DNA of 57,849 nt, filler included, from Catajapyx aquilonaris (taxonomy: Eukaryota), in assembly GCA_000934665.2 (NCBI GenBank). It is 4 parts of 4 records of this genome, joined end to end, with 100 filler letters (N's around TTAATTAATTAA, not from the genome) between each part and the next. Parts side by side here need not be neighbours in the genome. Positions count along the whole stretch, not along the records: positions 43,466 to 57,849 come from JYFJ02007792.1; 3 more parts are not named here. One strand, 5' to 3'. The position numbers and the translations under genes were made by a program. This document shows, in pieces, positions 47,264 to 57,849 of the stretch (its first letter is position 1; each line of letters begins with the position of its first letter). The notes beneath the pieces are model-generated. The model did not search any database and was not told where the DNA came from. It worked only from the letters and a program-made list of their open reading frames with translations.

Positions 47264-48062
47264 GTGGGCCCCAGTGGGGACACGCACCGGTATCGTCGCC
47301 GTTCGGTGACACATTCCAAACAGTATTCTTTGAAGAAGAGATTTCCTAACATCACAAAAATTCATTACTTCTCATATGGCTGCGCCGGCCAGTACAAAAA
47401 TCGCTACAATTTTATAAACCTATGCCATCATGTGGCGGATTTTAACATTCAGTGTGAGTGGAATTTCTTTGCGACGACCCATGGAAAAGGCCCCTCCGAT
47501 GGTGTTGGTCTTTGTAAGCTGGCCTTTGCTGTTGCACATTTAACGATACCACCAACACATTCCCAAATTGAGACTCCAGCTGACATGTTTCACTACTGCA
47601 CCACTGAGGGTAACTTTCCAAACATACATTTCTTTTATGTATCACAAGAAGACGTTCGCCTTGTTCAGGAGAAGCTGAATGAGAGGTTTGACATGTCCAT
47701 CACTATCACAGGCACCCGAAGGCTGAACAGGTTCAAGCCAATATCCCGTACTCAGATAATGGTGTACGATATTTCATCCAATGACCCGCTGAGAACAGCA
47801 GACATATGCAAACTCAATGAAGAGGACTTGGCCCCCGAAGAACCTGTGTACATCTCAGGAATAGGGAGACTACCTCATTAAAGTTCTTCATCCAAGCGGA
47901 TATTCAGATGAATACCATTGGCCAGCTATCGACGATTTGTGTTGGGTTCCCAGGGAAGACATACTATGTCCGATTGACCCCAACTGCAATGCAGCCAGGG
48001 GAAGTTACCAACTTGTTGAAGATGCGCTCACCAAGATTTCAGAATGTTTTGCGGCACGTCGA
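47264..48062 (+). mobile_element. Decayed DDE/D transposase fragment, Sola2-like
   Basis: IHYFSYGCAGQYKN...WNFFATTHGKGPSDGVG motifs (the usual SDG reads SYG). Confidence 0.7.
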
Positions 48063-49201
48063 TAAGCTCATTGAAATGTGAGTTACAAATACAATACACT
48101 TCCTTCCACTGTTAGTAACTTTTTTTGCAGCAATTTTCCAAGGTGATCGCACAAACGCGCAAGGGTGACTTTACAGTACATCAAACCCCTTGCATGCCCC
48201 TGTAGTTGGCGAGATTCAGTTTGTTTCAAAAACGTCCATATCTCGTTCAAATTAGGTGTTGAAGATGACTATTTGTTTCAAACATAGCCACGTCCAATAA
48301 GGAGTTTGAATCAGAATCGGCCAAGTCCTATTTAGCCAATCAGCGGGCATTTATGGACCCAGGTGATCCGTTCCTGATTATCAAGGCGAGCCAACGCAAA
48401 GTAATCATGGCGGCGTGCTAGTTGCCGACCCATTAGTTTCGTTGGTCTGTACACATAGCTGGTCCTTGTGCCGCGCGTACGTGTGTGCGTTCGATGGATG
48501 CACATGATGCTGGAGAGTCACCGACTCCTGTTACCCGTGGGGGGTGGGGGGGGGGGAGAGGTGGTGGCGAGCGGATCCCACCACATGGAAGAGAGAATAG
48601 GAGAAAAGGCGGAGGTGAGTTCCAAGAAGAGGTCATTGGGAATAGTTTTTAAAAACCAATAACGAGAGTATAGGGTCAGCAACAAAAATGTTTTCACCAA
48701 CAGGACGGTATTCATCCAAGGGTCCTCCAACAATCCCCACCTGCGGTCATGATGGGAAAAAAACTGATTCTGAACAATATGACCAGTTTCTAAACCTTCA
48801 CCTCTGTGATCATGATCATGATGATTGTCATCATTGTAAGGGAAGAATAAAAAAGTGGCATATTAATAATAATTTTATTCACTAACTTGGGTTCTAACAA
48901 CAGTCCCTACCCTCCCTAAAAACCTAAGTTATCATACCTGACACTGACAATGCAAATGCAAAGCCACACCTGATCAGCTCTTGATACTTCACCAGTCCGA
49001 CGTAATAAGCCCATTATGTACCCTACTAAAATTGAAGCACTCGTCTGAGTAACTCTATGAGGGCAACCTTGTCATTCGCAACCACTGAAAAAATACCTCC
49101 CTGAGAGACAGCTTAATTCGACACCAGCTGTAGGCGCATGACACGCAACTGTTACAGCTATTTTTCAAAAATTGGAATAAACTGGTCTTGAGGGCTTACA
49201 G

Positions 49202-49880
49202 ATGAGATGGTTGCACGGACTGATTTACAAGGAGTTCGTTTGTGACGGTGATTCGAGCGTTTACTCTGATCTCACGAGTCAAGTCTCATACGGCCTCGCC
49301 ATACAGACATTTGATTGTGCTAACCATGTTGTAAAGAACTTCACTAAGGCACTTTACAACCTGTGTAAGTTGGCACTCTTCAAAAAGATTGTAACTAAAA
49401 GGTTCCTTTGGTACTGACTCCGTAATGAAAAAGAGTGCATGGTCAGCCATCAGGCAAAATGCTGTCCAAGGCGGAAATCCTACACATCTGCGAGAGGCTC
49501 TCATGGCATTTTCAGAGCACGCTCAGGGTTTTCATGTGACGTGTTCTTCTTCTGTGTGCCGAAAGGCAGGGACAACCGAAGAGAACAGCATTTACCAGAA
49601 GACTGACTTTTAGTTTTAAAAAAAAATGTTACTGGCACCATGGGAGTCCAGTCTGAAAGACTGTGCCTTGATGTCACAACAAACGCTGCCGAAATGTTTA
49701 TGCACCAGGTTGCAAATTGTGTCGGCGCAAAGCAGTTAAACAGGTTGCAGCTGGGTTCCTATAACCATCGGGGCTATGCTGCGCCCTTTAGTCGCATACA
49801 TGGCCCAGAGTGGCACAATGAGGCATTGTGGTTGTTGTGGCACTTCTCTCCGAGCTACCGAAGGCGCAACACGTGCCATT
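49202..49880 (+). mobile_element. Mutator-like transposase fragment
   Basis: YKEFVCDGDSSVY...DCANHVVKNF...TTNAAEMFM. Near-identical second copy at 56963-57395. Confidence 0.75.
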
Positions 49881-50544
49881 AGTGCCTTAGCGGGGACGCG
49901 CATTTCTCAGAAAAGCTTACCACCACGATTTTCAATTTATTTTCTAAAACTTTACTTCAGTTTGGACTGTTTCGTGAAAATGACCCACTGATGGTTCCGA
50001 CCGGTGGTTGGGAGCCGTCCTGAAGCAGACCGGAGAGTGGCGTGTACTCGCCTACCTCTTTACCTCAGCATGTTTGAGGCATGATGCTACACCAACCTTC
50101 AATATATTGTGCTGCGGAAAACCAAGGTGGAACATCAGATGCAGGTGAGAAATCACTTCCCAGATATCTCTTTAGGGATCAAGGGGTCAGGTGGCAGCAC
50201 GATCAGAAATGTCACTCAGCGCCACCAAGGGCACAGGGACGAACGTTAGGGACGATCCCTCTCCCAAGCATGGGCAGCATGGACGAAGTCGTTCCCGGTC
50301 CTCCCATCGTACTTTTTTGTGGATTTAAGGCTGTGGTTGGAGCACAGGTAGATGACTGCTGCATCCCTCAAATGCGGGTGCAGAACAAAAGCTACAATGT
50401 CACTCACACTACAGGTACGCATAATTATGGCCAAGGGGGTAACAACTTCCAAGTAATCGGTGCGGCGCGGCGTCAGCTCTTCTTCTCCTGTACCCACCCA
50501 GACGGACAGGGGAGGAAGGATGATTTCTGTGGGGCCGTCAGCTG

Positions 50545-51076
50545 TGATGGGACAGAATGCTACCTCTATGGTCGAAGATTTACCGTCATAACAGACCATG
50601 CTCCTTTACTGTGGCTGATGAACCTTAAGGATCCATCACCCCGGTTAACAAGATGGTCCGTGGCATTACAGGAATATGACTTTTAAGTCGTTCACACACC
50701 AGGACGGCTTCACTGTAACGTCATTAAGTTGCATTAGAATATGGAGCAGAAACACAGTTTGTTTGGGATCGGATAATCAAAGAACAAGGCTTAGATCCAC
50801 ACTGTCAAAGAGGTACGTAAAGACGTCACAGCATACTTCTTGAAGGATAGAATTATGCACACTTTGAGAGGTGAACGACACGTAGTGGTAGTGCCAGCAT
50901 CGATGAGAGAGAAACTAATGGGACAGTATCACGATCTTCCTTTTTCCGGCCACATGGGCTACGCAAAGACCTTGGCTAAGATTCGGCATGGTTTTACCTG
51001 GCCTGGAATGACTAAGGACATTAGAAACTTCTGCAGGTCGTGTGAGTCCTGCCAACGGAAGTATAGAAAGAAGTAG
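50545..51076 (+). mobile_element. Ty3/Gypsy pol fragment (RNase H end plus integrase HHCC)
   Basis: [55 protein letters not shown]...FTWPGMTKDIRNFCRSCESCQR. Confidence 0.9.
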
Positions 51077-52273
51077 TTTGCCTGTGCTACTCATTTCCCT
51101 GCCCTCATACGCGTTCGGCAGGGATTACAACAGTGACTGCCACGAAAGAGGTAGCCATTTTGCCATAGAGTAATTCCACGCCGGGAGAGTCATTATCCAA
51201 AACTGAAGTCACGCATTGTGAGGTGGCTATGACTTATTGAAAACAGATCATTAAATATTTCATTTTGTCAGATGAAGAAGGCGTCTAATTTCAATACCAA
51301 ATCATGAAAGGAGATGGGAGTTGTTTATTCCATTGTCTCATCTCATATATGGACGCCTTACCGATGAAAATCAATATATATATATAAGGAATGAAATTGT
51401 CAGGTACGTAGAAAAAAATTCCCAGGATTTACAAGTATTCACCATGGACCACAGAGAAGAGGCATTCAGTCAAGTTCAGGCGTAGCCTACATAAATTATA
51501 TGTCGAAGACAACAAGCTACTGCTCTGAAGTAAAAATATATGCAGCGACGCAGATCTGGCATTACCGCATCACTGTCATGAGGGATGATGGTTCACAAAT
51601 GCACCCTTTGGTAACCCACGGATCTACTGGTCCTCACTATTACATACGATACAGAGGACATGGCGCAAGAGTGCCCATTATGACGTAATGGTAAGAAATT
51701 AGAGATTCTTCGCCAAGTCACCTTCCTAGTCCATGTTAATATAACACACGATGCTAAGCGACCACCCGATCTAAACTAAACCAGCCATTCATACGTATCC
51801 ATCCATCACTATGCCACTATCTGTCCTCTACAGGCCACTCATGAAGGCGGCTTCACATTGATTGACAGCACAAATAGGACACCCCTGCAAGCCCTGACTG
51901 TGGCCACTCATGATAATATATCACACATGTCGTCTCTCCAGCAGACAAGACACAAATGCCTCATATTAAAGGCCACGGCCGTCCTAAGACAATCAAGCGT
52001 GGGAGACCCAAATCATCACATTCTCCCAGTGACCGTACCAAACGTCATGATGATACATCATGATGTAATATTTGTATGACCCGTATGTGCTCAGTATATT
52101 TGAACCTCATAACATAGCCACAGGTCTATTATATTACGTTGGATGAGAGTCGAATGGAATGGGGAGAATTGTTCATGTCAATTACTTAATTCAACTTCAC
52201 AAAAAGTGGTCAGATCTCATCAAAAACGCGCCAAGCCTGTATATTCCTCTGGCAAAAAAAATATATAAAAAAT

Positions 52274-52953
52274 GTTTGAGACCAGGAGAGGACGCCAAGG
52301 CTTTCTTCGACACTTAAGAGGCTGGTTTGGTTACTTTGCTTACTTGGTCTGTCCTTAAAAGTTGTCAGATCAGGCATGGACGGAAAGGCTTTCTTCTAGC
52401 CCATCCACTAAATTTAAGTGACTTGGCCACGGGGTACAAAGAACAAGAGGCGTTTTGAAGGTTTTCTATGACTATCTCCAATCCAATGAGCAATCTGCAA
52501 TCCTTGTCAAGATAAGTTTACCTTCAATTTGAAGGTGTGAGGGTAGGTTACACATGCTCAGGGGAAGTTATCTCTGGCAGGTAAGTTGTTGAAAATAGGG
52601 TAAGCGCTGTTTGAAAACAGTGGTTTCTGTGGTATTAAAGGATCTAACCGGGAAGGGAAAACCACGGCCTTTCGAGACAGTAAGCAGTCTTATGCTTACT
52701 CTCTTGAAAGACTATGGGAAAACCTCTCCCAAGCTGGTGCAAGAGGCCCTAAGCGAGTATTTCGTGAGTAGAGACCCCGAATAGTCCTTGGTGCCCCGTG
52801 GCCAAGTCACTTAATTTAGTGGATGGTCTAGAAGAAAGCCTTTCCGTCCATGCCTGACCTGACAACTTTTAAGGACAGACCAAGTAAGCAAAGTAACCAA
52901 ACCAGCCCCTTAAGTGTCGAAGAAAGCCGTGGCGTCCTCCCCTGATCTCAAAT
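52274..52953. mobile_element. Foldback element with ~170-bp inverted repeats
   Basis: 52274-52445 (...GGCTTTCTTCGACACTTAAG...GTGACTTGGCCACGGGG) is the reverse complement of ~52785-52953. Confidence 0.85.
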
Positions 52954-53088
52954 TTGTCCCTTAGCACCTGGACTAAAACTCGGATTCGTGTCCTCGAGAC
53001 ACAGCGCCCGCCGCCTATGCAAGACGATCCTCCCGATGCATGCATGTGTGGAGACTGAGACTTCGGAATTGCACATTGACCACACACC

Positions 53089-53554
53089 GTGCCCGAGTCG
53101 GAAGAAGTACAGGATGGTGAAGAGGGCAGCACCAGCTGTGAGGGTGGTGAAAATACCATCCTCGCGGATAAAACAGGGAGAGGAGAAGGCGCCACGAGTG
53201 GTGTGAAGACATACGGGAAAAGAGAGAAACTACATTCATGTCCCGAATGTTGTGATTCTTTTCTGCTACTGTGACAGTTACGCCGACATGCACAATCTGT
53301 CCACCAGGGTATTAGATGCCATGCATGCCGCTATTGTCACAAATCCTTCTATGAGAGATATACTATGAAGAGGCACGTTAGAGCTGTTCACAAAAAACGC
53401 AAAGACCACGTATGCAAACATTGCAAAAAATCTTTTTCTGAAAGGAGCAGCCTGATCGTGCACATAGATTCTATCCACTTAAAGTTCAGGTATCCGTGCA
53501 ATATATGCGGGAAAGATTACACCCATCGCTCTTACCTCCGTCTTAGGCCGTTTT
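53089..53554 (+). pseudogene. Disrupted multi-C2H2 zinc-finger coding sequence
   Basis: One frame reads SCPECCDSFLLL*QLRRHAQSVH, ACRYCHKSFYERYTMKRHVRAVH, VCKHCKKSFSERSSLIVHIDSIH, PCNICGKDYTHRSYL. TGA at 53272, and finger 4 is cut by a transposon. Confidence 0.75.
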
Positions 53555-54090
53555 TAGGCGAGCGGTCACTGGAGGAAAAGACGCTTATTTAACGGTTTAT
53601 TTAATAATGAAGAGTAAAATAAACAAAATTGGCACCCCAAGATACTGCATGCACATCGAATAAACAACTCTCAATAATAATTGTGAATGATTTTATTTTT
53701 CTTCCCTCAACTACCCCAATAAATGATATTTATTTATGTATTTAACTTATGTATTTATTTACTTATTTATTCATTGCACCGATGGCACAGTGGCCATTGG
53801 GAAAAGGCAGCGAATGATACCACAAAATTTTACAATAGAATTATACAGGCCTAGTATGCTATAATATTATGAATATGATGATTATTATTATATAATAAAT
53901 ATGCTTTATATTTTACTTCTAAAGTACGTTTAACTTCTAATAGTCATCGCATGGCCACAAGTAAATGATTGAACATGAATAGCTACAAAAAAACAAGACG
54001 TTTACATAACACCAAGTAGCCATTTTGAAAAATGGCTGCCAATTTAACTACACGAAGAATCTGAGATGGCCGCCCTTCCAAAAACGCCCA
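53555..54090 (+). mobile_element. Academ-like element fragment (same family as 32649-36025)
   Basis: Starts TAGGCGAGCGGTCACTGGAGGAAAAGACGCTTATT. The remainder matches ~35335-35830. Confidence 0.75.
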
Positions 54091-54519
54091 ACCTCTAGAC
54101 TGAAAACCCCGCTGGATCGGAAGCTGGTCGGGGACATGAGCGAGGGTGTGTGAAGGTGCACGCAAAAAAGAGGTTTGGTTGTAGCAGATAAATTATTCTA
54201 TCAAGCGAGATTTAGGTGACGCGGCTCTACGTTTTAATACAAGAGCCAAAAAATATCATTGGAGGAGTTAACCTGTTTAGCTCTCCAACCTAAATTTTCT
54301 ATCCAGAAATTAATCACTGACTGCCACAGGTTTAGGTACTACAACTAAATCCATTTACCCGAAATGAGTTCCAAGTCGGGACATGAGGGCCACCTATGGC
54401 CGTTTAGGTATCACATTCACACTTCTAGCTGGTGCGTTTAAACGTTCGCGTCTGTTTTTCATTGTGCTGCAGGTGCGTCTCAGTGCTTCGTCCTTCACCC
54501 GCGGCCGTGCTAAATAGAC

Positions 54520-55560
54520 CATTTTCCCCCAACTGACAATCCTTATGTTGATGAAATGCATGACATCTTTGAAGGTGGACTTGTTTATGACATGCGACAT
54601 ATATTATACCATGTCATTTATGTAGGGAAGTATTTTGATGTTGCTACTTTGAATTTTAGAATGGTAACTTTTCCATACAGCCCTGGAATTTCGAACAAAC
54701 CACCCCTGTTCCCAGAAAAATCTATCAAAACTTATTCCATAAAACTGACTGCAAGTGAGATGCAGACCTTCACAAGAATATTTGCAGTGCTAGTAGGTGA
54801 TCTTGTCAATGAGGATGATCCAGTATGAAGATTTTACCTAATTGTGAGAGATATTCTGGACATCACCCTGTGCCGGCACATGCAAGAGGGACTTTCGTCA
54901 ATTCTTGCTCAGAAAATTGCTGAACATCACCGTCTTTACCCTGAGCTATTTCGTGACACCCTGAAACCAAAGCACCACTATTGGATACATTATCCACGTA
55001 TGATGAAACTATCAGGAAATGTACTTGACATATCATGCCGTAGGTTTGAAGCTTTCCATCAGCCCTCCGTTCAAAATGCAAAGGCCACTAAATCTCGACG
55101 GAACATCGCTTACACACTGGCTGTTAAAGCCCAACTAAAAGTTGCCTACAGGTTAATGAATTTCAGAGGGATGGTTCTTAAGTTCGAAGTGGGAGTTCTG
55201 GAAGAACCTGTTACGTTCTCCCCTGTACTGTTGCCTTCTTCCTTCAGTGAGTTTTCACAGTATTCCTTTGTCAATTCAAAAGGTACCGTCTACAAAAAGA
55301 ATACCTGTTTGGCAATCGGTGATGATTGTGACGGTGGCCCAGAATTCGGATTAGTTGCTGCTATACTTGTAAATGATGTTAGTGAGGTCTGCTTTTTATT
55401 CCATTTGCTGACTTGTGTGACATATTCCTCCCATTTCCATGCATACGAGGTAAAACGAGGTAAAACATGCACAAAAGTGTGTCCTACTGCGCGATGTACT
55501 GGATCATGCCCCCCAAATGTACACAAAGGCATCCAATGGGAAATTTTATGTTACTTTATA
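54520..55560 (+). mobile_element. EnSpm/CACTA-like transposase fragment
   Basis: VDEMHDIFEG; KLTASEMQTFTRIFAVLVGDLV; LKPKHHYWIHYPRMMKLSG...RRFEAFH. In-frame stop at 54826. Confidence 0.75.
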
Positions 55561-55576
55561 AAAAATATCATTCCGA

Positions 55577-56352
55577 ATGGCGGCCACAATGGCAGATCGC
55601 CGAGGAATGATAGAGAAGCGAGTGTCGTTAACGGAGCTGCGGCAGGACTATCCAGGCATATTCCAGGGAAGCGAGGTGGGTTTTTTGTTGATTGGAATGA
55701 AATCATGCAATGTATTTGTAAAATATACAAGTATTTTTTCAGATAATCAAGGAATTTGAACCGCTCAATGGCAACATTGAGCATTTGGAGGAACACTTCC
55801 TGAAAGGAATTGGGCTTCTCGTACCAAAATTGCTGAAGTCCAAGAAGACCACAGGAATCGGAAAAATCATGGGAGATTTACATGCCATGGAGGGAAAATA
55901 TCCTGAGAGTGAATATGACAAAATTAAGGTCAATGCTGCCCTTGTCATACTGCTGCTGAGATTGGGGGAGAAACCTCAGGACCTATTGACGGCCAAAGCC
56001 GTAAAGGTAAGTCAATTACAGTCAAGAAACATTTAATGGAGTCTAAATTAATGTTCTAATAATTTCATGTTTTCCTCAGCCCGAGTCATATCCAGCAGTG
56101 GTATGCAAGAAGGCAAATCTCCTGGCCACTGACTTTAAGATCATGCTGGCTGAAGATCAACAAGTTGCTGAGGCACCTGACCTCACCAAGGCCCTGCTGG
56201 TGCTTTTTTGCGCCTCATATGTGTACTGGATCGAGTTCCCCAAAAAGTCACAGAAACTCATGCAGTTTCTTGGCTTTTTATATGTTGAAACAAAAGGACT
56301 GCAAGCCCACTTCGCGAAAAGTTGTGTCGCTGTGGCGGGATTTAATTTCTAA
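55577..56352 (+). mobile_element. Probable spliced second ORF of the EnSpm/CACTA-like element
   Basis: Short introns (donor AAG|GTAAGT at 56007, acceptor TTTCCTCAG at 56079). C-terminal ALLVLFCASYVYWIEFPK resembles accessory ORFs found beside such transposases. Confidence 0.5.
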
Positions 56353-56962
56353 ATTTCAAAGAACGTTTTATTGTCATTTTTTGAATAATACAAATGATGT
56401 TATTGCACATACTATGTTTTATTTCCTGCAGGCCATGTTTCTTCCTTAGGCACACACGACCACCAATATGATTTTGGCAGATAATTTCATGCAAACTCCT
56501 GCATAAATTTACTCCATGAAATGCATAGAATTTGCAGCATAAATGGGTTTGGATGCCTAAAATAAAGCCCCAAAGTGAATAAATTAACGCCCTGTAGTAC
56601 ATAAAAAATATGCAGCAATAATGCACTTGCATGCTGAGAAACATCCAGAACTAACGCATTTGAATGAGTAAAGTAAGTCACAAAGGTATATAAATTTATG
56701 TCCTGTAATGCCTGAAAATATGCACTTTTCATGCCTTTGAATGCGTAAAATAATGAACAGAAGTGCATAAATGTATGCATTTAGTGTTTCACTGGAGCGT
56801 CAAGCGATTTATGCACTTTCGTGCATAAAATAATGCATTACACGTTCTCAGTGCGCTTTTATACGGGAAAGATACTGTTTACGGGGTAAAAATATATATG
56901 GTGTCCTGCTTGTTCCTGTTTAGAGAGGCAGGCAGGGTAAAGATCCATCAAGGGTAAGTCAC

Positions 56963-57395
56963 TTGTGCTTTCGGAACTGGGCCGGAAGCTCAACAGCTAT
57001 GGAATCTTCCGTTTTGGGGGACGGCTTCCAACGCAGTTTCGAAATGCCCGGACTGATTTACAAGGAGTTCGTTTATGACGGTGATTCCAGCGCTTACTCT
57101 GATCTCATGAGTCAAGTCTCATACGGCCTCGCCATACAGAAATTTGATTGTGCTAACCATGTTGTAAGGAACTTCACTAAGGCACTTTACAATCTGTGTA
57201 AGTTGGCACCCTTCAAAAAGATGGTCACTAAAAGGTTCCTTTGGTACTGACTCCGTAATGAAAAAGAGTGCACGGTCAGCCATCAGGCAGGCAAAATGCT
57301 GTCCAAGGCGGCAATCCTACACATCTGCGAGAGGCTCTCATGGGATTTTCAGAGCACGCTCTGGGTTTCCATGTGACGTGTTCTTCTTCTGTCTG
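56963..57395 (+). mobile_element. Mutator-like transposase fragment (copy 2)
   Basis: NWAGSSTAMES...YKEFVYDGDSSAY...DCANHVVRNF, near-identical to 49202-49560. Confidence 0.75.
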
Positions 57396-57849
57396 CCGTT
57401 TCGCGTTTTCGTGAGTTTTGGGTTCGCAGCGGCACCCCGTGATCAGAGGCTGGAGGCGATGCTGCAACAACCACCACTACCTCAGCAGCAACAGCAGCAG
57501 GATGGTGGGGACCAGGCCCCACGCAGTAAGGGTAAGAAGCGGCTGAGGGGGTGGATGCCAGAAGTAAGTACTTCTTCCGCACTAGATGAAGAACATTGAT
57601 AGTCTTTGAAAGAGAATTGTCATTTGTGACAGCTGAAGTGCCCGCCTCTCCCCGTATTCCTCCCTTGGCAGGTTGGCTCCATTGTATGTGGCTGAGTTGG
57701 CTCTCCCCTGAGAGAGGGAGCAGGGGGGCAGAGAGAGTTGGGCAAAAGCGACCAGGGCGGGAGGACGCTTCGGAGCGGGGCTCCTGCCGAGTGACCCCCT
57801 TGTGCGGTATGTTGTTTGAGTTAGCTCTTGAATGTAACCTTTGACAGGA

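Overview
Eukaryotic (invertebrate, probably arthropod) genomic DNA. The window is almost certainly four unrelated unplaced contigs (1-14379, 14480-28875, 28976-43365, 43466-57849) joined by identical 100-nt N44-TTAATTAATTAA-N44 spacers, so adjacency across the spacers is not biological. Contig 1 holds satellites, tRNA-derived SINEs, a Helitron and MITEs. Contig 2 is the highlight: a + strand array of 13 intact and at least 2 decayed paralogous alternative 3'-terminal exons. Each intact exon has its own polypyrimidine/AG|GT acceptor (most with an upstream GCTAAGG-like motif), enters in the same phase 1, and encodes a spacer plus a pair of C2H2 zinc fingers with variable recognition helices and its own stop. 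This is a lola/broad/mod(mdg4)-type isoform-diversifying locus whose common 5' (probably BTB) exons are not in the window. Contig 3 carries ten exons of a minus-strand gene with five tandem C-type lectin-like domains, nested intronic mobile elements and a decayed R1/LOA-like LINE. Contig 4 is a transposon graveyard (hAT, Academ, Transib, Sola-like, Mutator-like, Gypsy, EnSpm/CACTA) with a disrupted C2H2 gene. All family assignments come from motif recognition by eye, not database searches.
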